Part shown: positions 23,275 through 37,154 of the stretch, in pieces | Numbering within the stretch: the first letter of the stretch is position 1 | Layout of the letters: each line of letters begins with the position of its first letter | Origin: Azolla caroliniana | Lineage: Eukaryota > Plantae > Polypodiophyta | NCBI GenBank assembly: GCA_043228905.1 | Contig: JBHGNT010000002.1 | Location: forward strand, 12,524,001-12,588,000 | Length of the DNA stretch: 64,000 bases | Reading direction: 5' to 3' | Translations under genes and position numbers: made by a program | The notes under the pieces: model-generated | Database searches by the model: none | What the model was told of the DNA's origin: nothing | The model's input: only the letters and a program-made list of their open reading frames with translations

Positions 23275-25173
23275 GTGGGCTTGCGTGCTAGAGAGGTATA
23301 GATGGCGATCACAAAAAAAGACTTGTATGGAGGAAGTGATGGATGTCGGGAGGCCTAACTAGTGAACTAAGCAATGCTAATGGAAGAGATAATACTACAA
23401 GAGACTAACAAGAGTGTCAGTTACAGTGGCAAGGGTGATGCTACCTACGAAGCAGAAGAGGTGGATGCTTGGATGTGGGGGCTTGTACCCGTCATCTCCA
23501 CCAATATGTGAAATGCACATAAGAGATCAAAACCAGTCTACTTAGCTTCTTACTTCTTACAACGAAACCCATTTGGGCTGGCTTGGCTAAAAAGGGTGGG
23601 TTCATTTTGGGCACACGTATCCTAAAAAGGGTGTGCTAAAAGGGTGGGTCAACTTGGGTACGTGCATCCTAAAAAGGGTGAGCTAAAAGGGTGGCACAAA
23701 GGAACACATGCACACCACAATAATATGATTCAGTCAGTCAATTAGCCCGTTAAATGCTTTGGCAAAAGGACGGACGGATGGACGGAATTATTGAAGCCTG
23801 TTAACAAGCATTCCTTCCAATGTGTTTCTCCATTCCATCCATTTCGTCAATACCATCCCATCACTTGACTATTCAAAACATATAAGCATTGAATTGACAT
23901 ACATAATACATGTGTAGTACTATAAATGTACTTTTTAGAGGGATGTAGGAGAGTATGAGAAAATCAAAACTTTAGCAAAAAATATCTAATACAAGGTGAA
24001 CTTAACCATTCGAAGGCCTAATATGTGTGCTTCAAATGTATAAATACTTGCAAAAGACTCCCTCAAATCATCAAAAAATTGTAGTGAGGGTGAGGTTCAT
24101 TTTTTCGTAGAAACTCACCTATAGAATCTCCATAATTTATGAAATTGGATTACTCTAAAATGCCCTCCAAAGAAAATATTGGTTGTTGGCTTTATGCCGG
24201 ATCTATTTCATAAGTTTGACAAAATGTTAATCATTCTTTAAGTGTTAAATATTTAATAATAGCATTGTGACATGATTTATAATATAGCGCATTTGTGAAG
24301 ACTCTTGGAAAGTTTGAGCATGTGACAATCCTTCAAATATATATGTGTACTTGTAAAGCCTCAGGCCCTCATGTGTCAATTGATTGATATAGCTAAGCTC
24401 TAGCAATCACATGGATGTTGAAATCTATTAATAAAGAAACACACAACAATGATCCTATATAATTGGATGGTTAGTGGGCTTCTATGATTTAGAAAACGTC
24501 ATTGTGTTCCAATGAGATCTCAGTTAGATTGTTCTTCTTTACCTCAATCTTGTCATGCAACCCCCGTTGTCTCGTACAGTTCATACAGTAAAGATAAGAA
24601 GCCGATAGCTGGATCCGTTCGGAGCCAACAGGCCGTTAGTGGCCTATATTCCTATTCTTAGTTATAGGCATATTATAGGTAGTTAGTGTGAGATTCTCAC
24701 TTATGAGCATTGAAATACTTGAGTTAGCCCACTTTTAGGGAGCTTGTATAAGAAGTGCTCACTGAGCACATTGTGATTTATTGAGTGTTATTATTTTGAA
24801 TTGATTTGTTGTCTGCTCTCTCTATCTCTCTCTCATAGTGTGTACTCCATTCTCTGTGTTTTACCTAATTGTTGTTCAGTTGAGCTAGTTGTGTTTGCTT
24901 GTGTAAGCTTCCGCATATAATCTTTTACATGGTATCAGACCGCAAGGGTTAAAAGAATCCTCTGAAGTCGACAAACGTTTCAGCATAAACAAGCTTTTGA
25001 CTTCTAAACAAGACTAACAGGAACATGGATAGAGGAATGGGCAAACCCCTACCAACAGGAAAGCTAGACAAGAGCAACTATGCATCTTGGGCATACAAGA
25101 TACATCAGTACCTACTTCAACACAACGAGTATTGGAGCTACATGGAAGGTGCAAATGATATAACTCCTGAGCA

Positions 25174-25798
25174 TAGCAATGGGCCCGGTTCGGTTTCAGT
25201 TCGGTTCGATTTCTTGGCCTTGAAACCAAACCAAACCATCTATTTATAATAAAAACCAAACCAAACCGGTTTATCATAAATCAAAACCAAACCAAATCAT
25301 TTTTTTGTGATATTAATTATCATACATATTATGAATCTATATGAGAAAATCATTATAAATTTGGTCATCATACTTATCATAAATTTAGTTATCACACTTA
25401 TTATAAATTTGTTCATCATACCTGTCATAAATTTAGTCATCATACATATTATAATTTTGGTCATCATACTTATCATAAATTTGATAATCATACATCAAAA
25501 GGACACTCTACTTATAATGTATATAAAATTTAATAAGTTAGAGCCTAGGGGTTTAAAATTAAAAGTTGAAAGTTGGCCTAGAGGTAAAAATTGAAGAATA
25601 TTTTTTAACCTATAAACCTATAAACCTTTAAATCGAAACCGCTAAACCATGAAAATCCAAACCGAACTGAACCGAAACCAAACCGGATCATAATATTTGA
25701 AACCAAACCAAACGGTTTATTTATTTTTGAACCAATAAACCATTAAGCCACAGTTTAACGGTTCGGTTCGGTTTGAGCCGAAACTGGGCCCATTGCTA
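25174..25798. mobile_element. hAT-type MITE inserted in copia A gag
   Basis: TIR TAGCAATGGGCCC...GGGCCCATTGCTA; 8-bp TSD CCTGAGCA/CCTGAGTA; subterminal AAACC(G/A) repeats; internal 24-bp tandem repeat (atcataaatttggtcatcatactt) at about 25345-25495. Confidence 0.88.
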
Positions 25799-28307
25799 CC
25801 TGAGTAGACACACAGAGACTTCCCAGCCTGGGAGCAATCAACAAGTCGATTATTGTACTGCTTGGCATCATGTGTCCATGACCAGATGCTCGAATATATT
25901 AGGGACAACAAGATGAAAAAAGAAACTTGGGGAAATCTGAAGAAGATCTTCCCTGCAAGCACAATGGCCCAAAAGTTGTAGCTCAAACAAGAGTTGAACA
26001 ACATTTGACAAAAAGATATGTCGGTGGCCAACTACACCTCCAAGATAAAGGAGATTTGCAATGCGCTCAGGTCCATCAACGTCAGGGTGGATGAGGATGA
26101 GATGGTGTAGGCTTGCCTAGGAGGTTTGGCGCATAGGTTCGGATTTGCACGAGAAAGAAATCGTTGTACTTTTTCGACTTTTAATCAATGATCCCTATGG
26201 AGGACAATCACGTGAATGTGTCAACGAGCGCGCACACTAACAGCAAGATGTTGTACACAGAGGCGGAACAGCCCCGTGGTTGTGGTGGACGTCACGGATT
26301 GGCACACAACGGAGGCGGCCGACATGAGCAAAACCAGAGGCACAACAAAGGGACCAACATCAATGGACCCTCCACGAGTAGGGGGAGTCAATGTGGTGCT
26401 AGAAGCTGGCAAAACAGAACCACTGATTGTTGGTATTGTGGCCGGAAGGGTCATAGGGAAAGCGAGTGTTGAAAAAGAAAGTTGATTCGGACAAAGCTGA
26501 ATCAAGCAAAGCCAACTTCGAGCATCGATAGAGATCACACTACGTAGAAGGGTCAAGGAAGGCTAGAACGAGTCCCGCATTCATATGAAGCACAAAGCCA
26601 ACTGAATGGGAGTGAGTATCTTGAAGCTGAAGGTGTGGTACATAGACTCGAATCAAGCAAATCCAACTCCGAGCATCGACAGAGATCGCACAGGCTAGAA
26701 CTAGTCTCGCATTCATATGAAGCACAAAGCCAAATGAATGGGAGTAAGCACCTCCAAGCCGAACAAGGTGTGGTACATGGACTCTGGCGCATCGATCCTG
26801 TTGAGATATCAAGCTCAACTAGACTTAGTTAGTTAGTCAACACAGGTAACTTAGTGGTTACCTAGATAGAATCTAGTTAATGTGTTGACCAGCCTTAAAT
26901 AGGATTTTGTACTTGAGTGGCATACATTGTAGATCCTCCACTCCTAGGTTCATTTAATATAGGACTTACACCTTTGTACCTATATTCTACCCACACATGT
27001 GCACCTTTCCATGTGAGATGTATATATACCTCATTGTGGGTATTTTTGTATTTGATGATACTTTTTAATATAGTTAATTATCCCCCATCTTGTGTCGTTC
27101 ATAGGTGTTCTCTCTCTTTTCCTCTCACACTCTCACATAAATACACACACATCACATAATCTTCCGCTGCTTAATCACATAATTAGGTACTAATTAACCC
27201 ATACTTAATTACCTAATTATTAACATGGTATCAGAGCGTGTGGTTTAGCACATCCACTAAGCCCACTTGACTCTTCATGATTGTGTGTTCGAAACACCCA
27301 CGACAAATTCCACCTATCCGCTACTGTAGTGCCACTACGTAGCACGTGTATGTGATTGAAGGAAAGAAAAATGAAAGAAGAAAAAGAAGAGAAGATACTA
27401 ATCAACATGAACACACAAATGGGTAGCTCACTCCCTAGTGAAAATCTAGACCAGAGCAATTATTCATCTTGGGAGTATAAGATGAACCAATACCTAGTCG
27501 GCCAAGGGTATTGGAGGTACATCACTGGTACAGTTTAAAACTAACTCGACATCACAAACGCCGACTACCCAACGTGGGAACAAGGAGCGAGTCGGGTAAT
27601 GTATTGCTTGGCAACATGTGTCCACAATCACGTGCTTAGCCACATTCGAGATGCCAAGACACCTAAAGAGGGGTGGGAGAACTTGAAGAAGATGTTCGAC
27701 GCCAACACGACCGCCCGCAAGCTTCAACTCCGGCAAGTGTTGAGCAACATTCAACAAAAAGATATGTCTATGTTAGACTACACCACCAAAATCAAGAGCA
27801 TTTGCGACTCGCTTGGCTCCATCATCATAGACGTTGACGAAGACGAGATGGTTCAAGTATGCTTGGGCGGCCTCGCATAATGATTTGACTCGTTGAGGAC
27901 GGCAATCATAGCAAGGGAAAACCCTCCTTTATTCTTCGACCTCCAATCAATGTTATTGGTTGAAGAAAACCACGTCCGAAGCAAGAGCAAGACGAGGGAA
28001 GGACAAATGTTCTTGTCAAATTCGGATGGTGACCAAGGACGAGGTCGAGGCGGTAGAAGAGGTCGATTCGACTGCTCTCATGAAGGGAAGTCAAACCTTC
28101 GACAACAAGATGGAAGCCATCGAGGAACCTTTGGAAGAAGGGGGAGCTTCCATGCCGATCCAGGCCTGCTACATGCAACTATTGCAGACAAATCGGCCCC
28201 CGCGAGGAGTGCAGAAAAAGAAGAAGCGAGTTGGTTTCCACAAGTCGACAACTCACAAATTATGCCACCAACTCCGAATACAACGACCATGGTGAGCTAT
28301 TCATAAT

Positions 28308-28778
28308 TGTCAAGACTGAGAGAGAGAAAGAGAGAGAAAAAGAGATAGAGAGATAATTGAAAGAGAATTATTATATTGAATCGTAAAATGGATTACAAAG
28401 AGTAAGCTACAAAATGGCGTTGAACCAATTTAGGTTTGGGATGGGTGGTAGATCCCTATTTATAAGTAATAGTGAACACTCTAGAATATTCTAGGTTATC
28501 CTAGAATGTAGAGTAATCTAGAAGATCTCTAGAGTATTCTAGAAGGTTCTAGTGGTATAGAACAGTCTAGAATATTCTAGGTCATTCTAGAATGTAGAGT
28601 AATATAGAATATTCCTATGATATTAGATTTCATATTCTAGAGACTATACATATAAGAGTATTAATACAATGGTTAAGGATTTGACATGTGTACAACAAGG
28701 TCGTGGGTTCAAATCCTTTCGAGTCATAATGTGAGTGTCATGATCCTTTCGATGCATGATGTGACTGTTATCATGACA
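28308..28778 (-). mobile_element. Solo LTR related to the Tcn1-type element at 44502
   Basis: TGTCA...TGACA ends, TSD ATAAT (28303-28307 and 28779-28783). Shares the tRNA-like cassette, HSE-like repeats, TATA and AATTGGTTCAA with the 44502 LTR. Confidence 0.88.
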
Positions 28779-29969
28779 ATAATGAGACGGCCTTTGACTC
28801 CACAAGCACCTCCAACTTGGAAGACATGTGATTTGTCGACTCCGGCGCCTCACATCTTATGGCATCACACCAAGAGTGGTTTCGTGACTTAAGAATGCCG
28901 GATCGACCCAGCTTCATAGAGACGAGAGACGACACCACACATCCCATTCGGCACATAGGCAATGTTCCATTTGGCAACGACGGCCAAAACAATTGCATCA
29001 AGAATGTCTTGCATGGGCCCAAAATAACAAAGAATTTGGTCTCGGTCAGCCAAATCGTGGAGCAAGGCATGTAAGTTTGTTTCAACAATGACGGATGCTT
29101 CATCGCGAAAGATGGCCGACTCATAGCAAAAGTATGTAGAGACGGTAGAATCTTCATTCTCGATTCGAACGAGGTGGAATCGTCCATGTATGCCAAAGGT
29201 ATCAAAGCCGACACCGAAATCTAATTGTGGCACAAAAGAATCGACCACATCAACCTCCAACGGCTCCGAGCTATGCGATCAAAGGGAGTCGTCATTGGAC
29301 TTCCGGCCTTCAAGTCGAAACGAGTTGACCGAGTGTGCGAAGCATGCCAACTCGGAAAACAACATCGACTCCCATTTCCAAAGGAGAGCCATGCAAGCAA
29401 AGGCTTCCTCGACGTCATACATTCAGATGTATGGGGACCACCTCAAACGCCGACGATCGATGGATGTCGGTACTACGTCACCTTCATCGACGATTATTCC
29501 CGCTACATGTGGATCTTTCTGATGAAGAAGAAGATTGAAGTTCTCTCCCACTTCCAAAAGCTCAACAACCAAGTCGAAAAAGAAACTAGTCGACATATTC
29601 ATTGCCTACGATTGAATGGAGGCACGGAGTACTTCTTCAACGAATTCAGTTCCTACCTCCAAGGAGAAGGCATTTGGAGAGAATTCTCGTGCCGACACAT
29701 ACCCCAACAAAATGGAGTAGCCGAAAGGAAGAATCCATACATACTCGAGGTAGCACACACCATGATGCATGAGAAGCACATGCCGAACTTCTATTGGGCC
29801 GAAGTGGCATCCGCGGCCGTCTATCTCATGAATCGATGCATTAGTAATGGACTACATGAGCTCCTTGTCGGAAGGAAGCCGATCATGTTGCACCTCAAAG
29901 TGTTCGGAAGCATTGCGAATGTACGTATCCCGAACAAACAATGACAGAAGCCCGACAAGAAGTTGGAGA

Positions 29970-30741
29970 TGTTAGGAAACAGATCCCTCCGGATGGAAAC
30001 CGGATGTGGAGTACCCGGCAACGGAAGACCCGGTGAGAACCGGATGACGAGTGCCCGGCAAGAGCCGGATGGTGAAGGCCCGATGAGAACCAGATGACGA
30101 GTGCCCGACAAGCGCCGGATGATCCAGGCCCTGTGAGGAGTGCTCACCGGATGAAGGGATATATTCATAAATATGTTTCTAAGAGTCCATCGGGGCTATA
30201 TTTGTAAATAGCCGAAAAAGTCATATTAGTATAAATATGACTTAGGGCAAACTTAGTGTGTTGTTGTTGTCATTCTAGTTGGTTGCGATAATTCTGTGTG
30301 TAACCGTGTACAAAGAGAGAGAGAGAGAGAGAGAGGAAGAGGTCGTTGCCTCTGTTGTAACTGTCGTCTGTGGCGAAGATAGCAAGCTCGAGGTCGTTGC
30401 CTCGGTGCTTACTATTGTACATTGTGATATAGTGATAGTTTGCAGTCTGTGGGCTGCCGTGGTTTTTTCCCTAGTTTGGGTTTTTCCACGTTAACATCAT
30501 GTGTACTCTTCTCTTCACTGTGTTGTGCGCACCTTGCCCGTTTTCTGTGTTTGATCCTAGACTCGGTTGTGGCCGAGCGTTGTGCTTAGGGAGCGTTTTT
30601 TCCCTAGTTTGGGTTTTTCCACGTTAACATCCTGTGTACTCTTCTCTTCACTGTGTTGTGCGTACCTTGCCCGTTTTTTGTGTTTGATCCTAGACTCGGT
30701 TGTGGCCGAGCGTTGTGCTTAGGGAGCGTGTATTCCTGTCA
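29970..30741 (+). mobile_element. Solo LTR with an internal ~125-bp tandem duplication, inserted in the copia B integrase
   Basis: TGTTAGG...CCTGTCA ends, TSD GGAGA/AGAGA; homologous to 37155-37652 (aagtcatat.agtataaatatgacttaggg; cggttgtggccgagc). Confidence 0.8.
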
Positions 30742-31334
30742 AGAGAAATGTATCCTTGTAGCATACTCGTATGAGAAGAAGGCATACAAGTGCTATATAA
30801 CCCTTCAACCCGAGCGGTTTGGGTGAGTCGAGACATGGTCTTTGACGAATCGACATCATGGTATAAGCCCGATTCGGCTCCACCCGACCCGACCGAGGAA
30901 GAGTTGAATGTCAACTCAGAGGACAATATTCGGACAAGTCCTCTACCAAAGGACAATCCAAGCCCACCCAAGCCTTCAAGTATTCGAAGCATGTCGCGGC
31001 CAAGCGTGACCTTGGACAAATGAAAAGGTAAGATGCCCGAATATGAAGTGGACAACCCCGACGACAGCGATTTGGATGTGTTGGCTCCCTCACTAGACAA
31101 TGTGTTTGGTGTACCCATCATGTAGACACCCGAAGTAAAGAGGGCGCTCACGTCGGCAAGCGAAAAAGTTTGACGCTCTTCTAGAGAGAAGAATCTTGTC
31201 ACTAAGCTTGGCTACAACGAGTACATGGCCCATCATTATGGCTTTGCAATGAAGGTAGTCAACATATGTAACTTAGTGGTTACCTAGGTAGAATCTAGTT
31301 AGTGTGTTGACCTTAAAGCCTTAAATAGGATTTT

Positions 31335-34300
31335 TGTTGAGTGGCAAGCTCAATCAGATCCGGATCGGCATCCGGAAGGATGAGCTACATCAGTGAGCCG
31401 GTGAGCTAGGGAGCTGGTTAGCCGAATCCATCAGTAACCAGAAGCCTAGCAGCAGCCTAGACTACTAGGTAGTTAATGTCTCATAGTTAGTGTCATACGC
31501 TTGTGTGAGCATTGAAGTACACCGTACTTCTGTCAATCCGTATGGACTTGTATAAAAGTGTTCACTGAGTATTATTTTGAATTGAGTTTCTGTGTGCTCT
31601 CTCTCTCTCTCTCTGTCTTCCCGCGTACTATGTATATTCTAAGCTCTCCATTAAACCTACGTTTCTGTGTTCGGTCTTCTATTGCTTCCGCACAACTTTT
31701 ACATGGTATCAGAGCGCGAGGGTCGAGAACCTTTGCAACCGAAATATCTTGAAAAGAAAACCAATCAAGAAGAACAGGTAAAAACCGATGGACAGAGGCA
31801 TGGCTAGCTCGCTTCCGACGGAGAAGCTCGACAGAAACAATTATGCATTTTGGTCCTACAAGATGCACAAGTACCTACTCGGGCACGATTACTGGAGCTA
31901 TGTTGACGGAGCAAATGACACAACACCCGAATCGACACACAGAGATTTCCCGGTGTGGGAACATTAGGTGAGCAGAGTACTGTACTGCTTCGCATCTTGT
32001 GTGGGCGAACAACTCCTAAGCTACATTCGGGATGCAAAAACATTGTAAGATGCTTGGGGAAATCTGAAGAAGATTTTCGCCGCAAGCACTACAGCCAGGA
32101 AGCTTCAACTCCGACAGGAGCTGAGCAACCTACGACAACACGACTTGTCGGTGGTAGACGACACCTCCAAAATCAAGGACATTTGTGACTCTCTAGCGTC
32201 CATCAATGTGAATATCGAAGAAGCCGATATGGTGCAAATCTATCTCGGAGGTTTGGTATCAAAGTTCGGAGCGCTCAGAACTGTTGTGTGTACAAGGGAG
32301 AATACGCCGTCATTTTTCAACTTACAGTCGATGCTCCTTGTGGACGAGAACCACGCCGGTGTGTCAACAAGTGTACCCACCGACAGCCGGATGCTGTACA
32401 CGGAGGCGGATCGGCCCCATGGGCGTGGTGGACGAGGCGGGTCGGCTCGCAATGGTAGCAGCCGGCAAGAGCAGGACCGAAGGCACAGAGAACGTGCCAA
32501 AACAGTTCCATACCCTCCACAAGCAGGGGGAGTCAAGGTGGCGCCGGAGGCCAGCAAGCAAAGGCCGACACGGAATGCTCGTATTGTGGTAAAAAGGGCC
32601 ACAGAGAAAGCGAACGCTGGAAGAAGCGCGCCGATTCGGACAGATCTGGATCCGGCAAAGCCGGTAGAGAGAACCGGCAATACTCGCACTACGCAGAAGG
32701 ATCGGGAGGATCCAAACCCGGAAAATCCGATAAAGGGCCTTGGTGATGAAACACGAGGCTAACTCGATGAGGACGACCACTTCCAAATCGGAGGAAGTCT
32801 GGTACGTTGATTCCGGTGCGTCGAATCACATGACGAGCCACAAAGAGTGGTTCTCTTTCTTGGAGAAACCGAAACAACCGGGAGTCATCGAAACCGGAGA
32901 CGACACTCCTCACCCAATCATGCATATCGGAGAAGTTGCTTTGAGCCACGTCGGACAGAAGGGGAAGCTGATGAATGTATTACACGTTCCGACTATCACG
33001 AAGAACCTGGTGTCAGTCGGTTAAATCGTTGATCAGAGGATGCAGGTGCGGTTTACGCACCTTGGGTGCTTCATCGAGGAAGAGGGCCAGATTATTGTGC
33101 AAGGGCATAGAGAAGGGAGGATGTTCATCCTCGACACCAATGACGTTGCCACCTCTTTGTTCGCCAAAGGACAGAAGGTCGAATCGGACATCGACTTATG
33201 GCACAAGCGGATCGGCCACGTCAATCACCGGAGGCTTCATGTCCTACAAACGAAACAAGTTGTTTTCGTTTTGCCGAAGTTCAGTGGCCGGAAGGCCCAA
33301 ATATGTGAAGCCTGCCAACTCGGGAAGCAACACTAGCTTCCATTCCCCACCGAACTAAACCGTAGCCGTAACAAGCTCGACCTTACTCATTCGGATGTAT
33401 GGGGACTAGCACAGAACGTTAGTCTTGACGGGAGTCGGTATTTCGTCTCCTTCATCGATGACTACAACTGGTACACATGGATCTACCTCTTTGTGCGGAA
33501 GAGCGAAGTTTTCGAGTGTTTCTGGAATTTGCAAAGCTTGATTGAACAGGAAATGGAGAGGAAGATCAAGTGCCTGCGGTCACATGGTGGAAAAGAATAT
33601 TTTTCCGGCCAATTCAACAATTATCTGCAGCAAAAAGGAATTCAGAGAGAGTTCAGCTACAGATATACACCGGAGCAAAACAGTGTGGTTGAACGGAAGA
33701 ACCGGTTGATTGTCAACACGGCAAGGGCAATGCTGGAGGAGAAGAGCATGCCCCATTTCTATTGGGTGCAGGCGGTCCAGACGACTGTCTATATCCAAAA
33801 CCGGATCGGTGACAAGGTGTCCACGCATGAGTTGTATTTCGGACGCATTTGAGATGAATGATGTGGGGGACCGTCACTATTTCCTTGGGATCGAGGTGAT
33901 CCGAACCCCCGATAGCATATTGCTCTCACAAAGACACTATGTGCTGAATATGTTGTACAAGTTCGGCATGAAGGAATGCTGATCAATCTCCACACCCCTA
34001 GACCGGAACCAGAAGCTCCGTCCCGACTCCGAACCGGCCTGCGATGGGAAGTGGTTCCGACAAATCATCGGAAGCCATATATATTTGACAATCACCCGAC
34101 CTGAGATCAGTTTTCCGGTTAGCGTGATCAGCCAATATACACAGAAGCCGACCATGGAGCACCTTCTGTGCGCGCATTGAATTTTGCGATATGTGAGCGA
34201 CACAAAGGAACGGGGACTGTTATACCGGCATGGTATAACCGAAGAGCTAGTCAGCTACACCGATGCCGATTGGGTCGGCGATGCATTAGATTGCTGATCC

Positions 34301-35734
34301 ACCTCCGGCTATATGTTGCATGGAGCAGCAAAAAGCAACCAACAATGGCCCTTTTGAGCACTGAGGCTGAACACCGAGGTGCTACCGTTGCCACCTGTGA
34401 AGCCATTTGGCTTCGGTGATTGCTGCAAGACCTGCGGATCGAGGTGCTGACCCCGATCCTGATCTACTGTGACAACATACGCAGCATGCAGCTCACCAAG
34501 AACCCCGTATTCCATTCTCGCACAAAGCACATAGAAGTGCACTACCACTTCATGCGTGAGCGTGTCCTGAGCGGTGAAGTCAAACTTCGGTATGTTCATA
34601 TCGATCAGCAAGTTGCCGACATCTTCACCAAACCGCTCGGATTGGACAAGTTGCAGCATTTCACCGAAATGCTTGGTGTTCAACATCTTGACGTGCCACA
34701 CTTGAGGGGGAGAACCGGCAAAGACACCGGAACAGGCAAAGGAAAAGAAATTGTAGATTGTGCCAGTGAGGGAAGAACCAACCGAGGGAGAGACGAGAAG
34801 AAGAAAGGAGCCGAATTGACAAAGGAAATTGACACATCGGAACAAGTCGGAACAAGCGGCAGTGGCGGCAGAGTGAAGAAGGACAGAGCCAACCGGAAGA
34901 AGAAGGCCAAGACTCGGACATGGGACGATGTGGTGAAGGGCCTGGAACCGGAAGACGAATCGGGAGCGACCGATTCGGACAAGAGCTGGAACGAATCAGA
35001 GACAGTCGATTCGGTTCAACATATGGATTTGGAAGAACCGGATCAATTCAAGGCCAAGAGGATGAGAAGGCAGCAAAAGTCGATGCCAACACGAAGGAAT
35101 CAACAAATCGACAAGCGCCGAAGTCACAGCAGCGAGGGATCTGATTTGGGCCTGTTGGGTAGACAAGCCGACCGAGGAGGTCGAGGTGCGTAGAATTAGA
35201 AGGGTCGCGGCAAACAAGTCTGGACCGAACAAGGACCGCGAGCGAGGCGGAGAGACACCAGAAGGAGTTGGGTGGAAGGACCGGCTGCCATGGAGACTGA
35301 GACTGACACTACGATCCGACCTCAAGTTGACCTTGAGGAGGAGTGTTGAGTGACAAGCTCAACCGGATCCGGATTGGCATCCAGAAGGATGAGCTGGATC
35401 GGTGAGCCGGTGAGCTGGGAGCCAGTTAGCCGGATCCATCAGTAACCGGAAGCCTAGTAGCAGCCTGAACTACTAGGTAGTTAATGTCTCATAGTTAGTG
35501 TCAGATGCTTGTGTGAGCATTGAAGTACATCATACTTCTGTCAGTCCATATGGACTTGATTAAAAGTGTTCACTGAACACATACGATGTACAAATTGAGT
35601 ATTATTTTGAATTGAGTTTCTGTGTGCTCTCTCTCTCTCTCTCTATCGCTCCCGCGTACTATGTATATTCTAAGCTCTCCATTAAACCTGTGTTTCTGTG
35701 TTCAGTCTTCTATTGCTTCCGCACAACTTTTACA
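31335..35734 (+). mobile_element. Copia element C with two LTRs and an internal deletion (IN C-terminus/RT N-terminus), inserted in the copia B 3' LTR
   Basis: LTRs 31335-31703 and 35344-35734, TSD ATTTT, PBS TGGTATCAGAGC 31704-31715, PPT gaggaggag. WYVDSGASNHMT and integrase, junction near 33845 into FEMND.G..HYFLGIEV, RNase H HSRTKHIEVHYHF...ADIFTKPL. Confidence 0.92.
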
Positions 35735-37154
35735 ATTTTGTACTTGAGTGAGATACATTGTAGATCCTCCACTCTCATGTTCATTTAATATAGGACTCAC
35801 ATCTTTGTACCTATATTCTACTCACACATGTGCACCTTTGCACATGAGATGTATATATACCTCCTTGTGGGTATTTTTGTATTTCATGATGCTTTTTAAT
35901 GTAGTTAATCATCCCCCATCTTGTCTCGTTGTTTATAAGTGTTCTCTCTCTCTTCCTCTCACACTCTCACATAAATACACACACATCACATAATCTTCCG
36001 CTACGTAATCACATAATTAGGTACTAATTAACCCGTAGTTAATTACCTAATTATTAACAAAACCATATGACAAACCGTAAGGAATGGTTCTCTACTTTGG
36101 CAAAGCCGGAGTAGCCAAGAGTCGTCGTGACTGGAGACAACACTCCCCACCCTATCAAACATATCGGAGATGTCCCTTTGAGCCATCTTAGCCAAAGAGG
36201 AATTAGGAGGAACCTTCTGCATGTGCCCACGATCACCAAGAATTTGGTGTCGATTGGACAGATCATTGATTGAGGAATGCAAGTCTGATTCACTCATCAT
36301 GGGTGCTTCATTGAGGAAGAAGGGGGAATGTTCATCCTCAAAACAAATGATGTTGGCACTACTATGTTTACCAAAGAACAAAAGGTCGAATGAGCCATCA
36401 ACCTCTAGCGTAAGCGGATCGACCACATCAACTTCCTGTAGATTTAAGAGATGTATAAGAAGAATGTTGTTTTTGGCTTTCCGAAATTTAGTGGCTGGAA
36501 GGGCTAAGTTTGCGAAGCTTGCTAAGGAATGGTTCTCTACTTTGGAAAAGCCAGAGCAGCCAAGAGTCGTCGTGACAAGAGACAACACTCCTCACCCCAT
36601 CAAACATATCGTAGATGTCCATTTGAGCCATCTCAGCCAAAGAGGAATCATGAGGAACCTCCTGCATGTGCCCACGATCACCAAGAATTTGGTGTCAATT
36701 GGACAGATCGTTGATCGAGGAATGCAAGTTTGATTCACTTATCACGGGTTGTTCATTGAGGAAGAAGGGGGGATGTTCATCCTCAAAACAAATGACGTCG
36801 GCCATCAACCTCTGGCATAAGCAGATCGACCACATCAACTTCTTGCAGATTTAAGAGATGTAGAAGAAGAATATTGTTTTTGGCTTGCCGAAATTTAGTG
36901 GTCGAAAGGTCAAAGTTTGTGAAGCTTGCCAACTCAGGAATCAACACCGGCTTCCATTCCCCAACGCATGCAATCATAGCCATAATAATCTTGATTTGAT
37001 CCATTCAGATGTGTGGGGATTGGCACAGAATGTGAGCATGAGAGGGAGCCGATATTTCATCACCTCCAGCGATGACTTCACTTGGCCTTGTTAAATGGGA
37101 GATAGCAAGGAAAATCAAGAGCATAATAAACCTAACTATTTAAGTAGGGAACTG

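Larger units (their letters stand above)
15134..23719. mobile_element. Non-autonomous Mutator-like element (MULE) with ~220-250-bp TIRs, carrying a nested gypsy
   Basis: TIR 15134-~15381 (tgtggtgtgcatgtgttcctttgtgcc...gtgcatttcacatatt) is the inverted match of ~23503-23719. 9-bp TSD ATAATATAA (15125-15133) versus ATAATATGA (23720-23728). Confidence 0.88.
26799..36059 (+). mobile_element. Copia element B nested in the copia A protease; RT-RH deleted; 3' LTR split by copia C
   Basis: 5' LTR 26799-27225, PBS TGGTATCAGAGC 27226-27237, gag from about 27407, integrase 29225-29944. 3' LTR pieces at ~31266-31334 and 35740-36059. Flanks GATCC/AAACC are each one change from an inferred GAACC TSD. Confidence 0.85.
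24565..37088 (+). mobile_element. Degenerate copia element A (5' LTR ~24565-24929, gag-PR-IN start), host of nested insertions
   Basis: LTR ends TTTTACA at 24929, PBS TGGTATCAGA at 24930, gag KLDKSNYASWAYKIHQYL, CWYCGRKGHRESEC. Protease WYMDSGAS is broken at 26798 and resumes NHMT at 36060. Truncated in the integrase at about 37088. The 5' LTR start is approximate. Confidence 0.8.

Noticed and set aside
25297-25594. Ile/Met-rich ORFs on both strands
   Set aside because: Translation artefacts of the 24-bp tandem repeat in the MITE.
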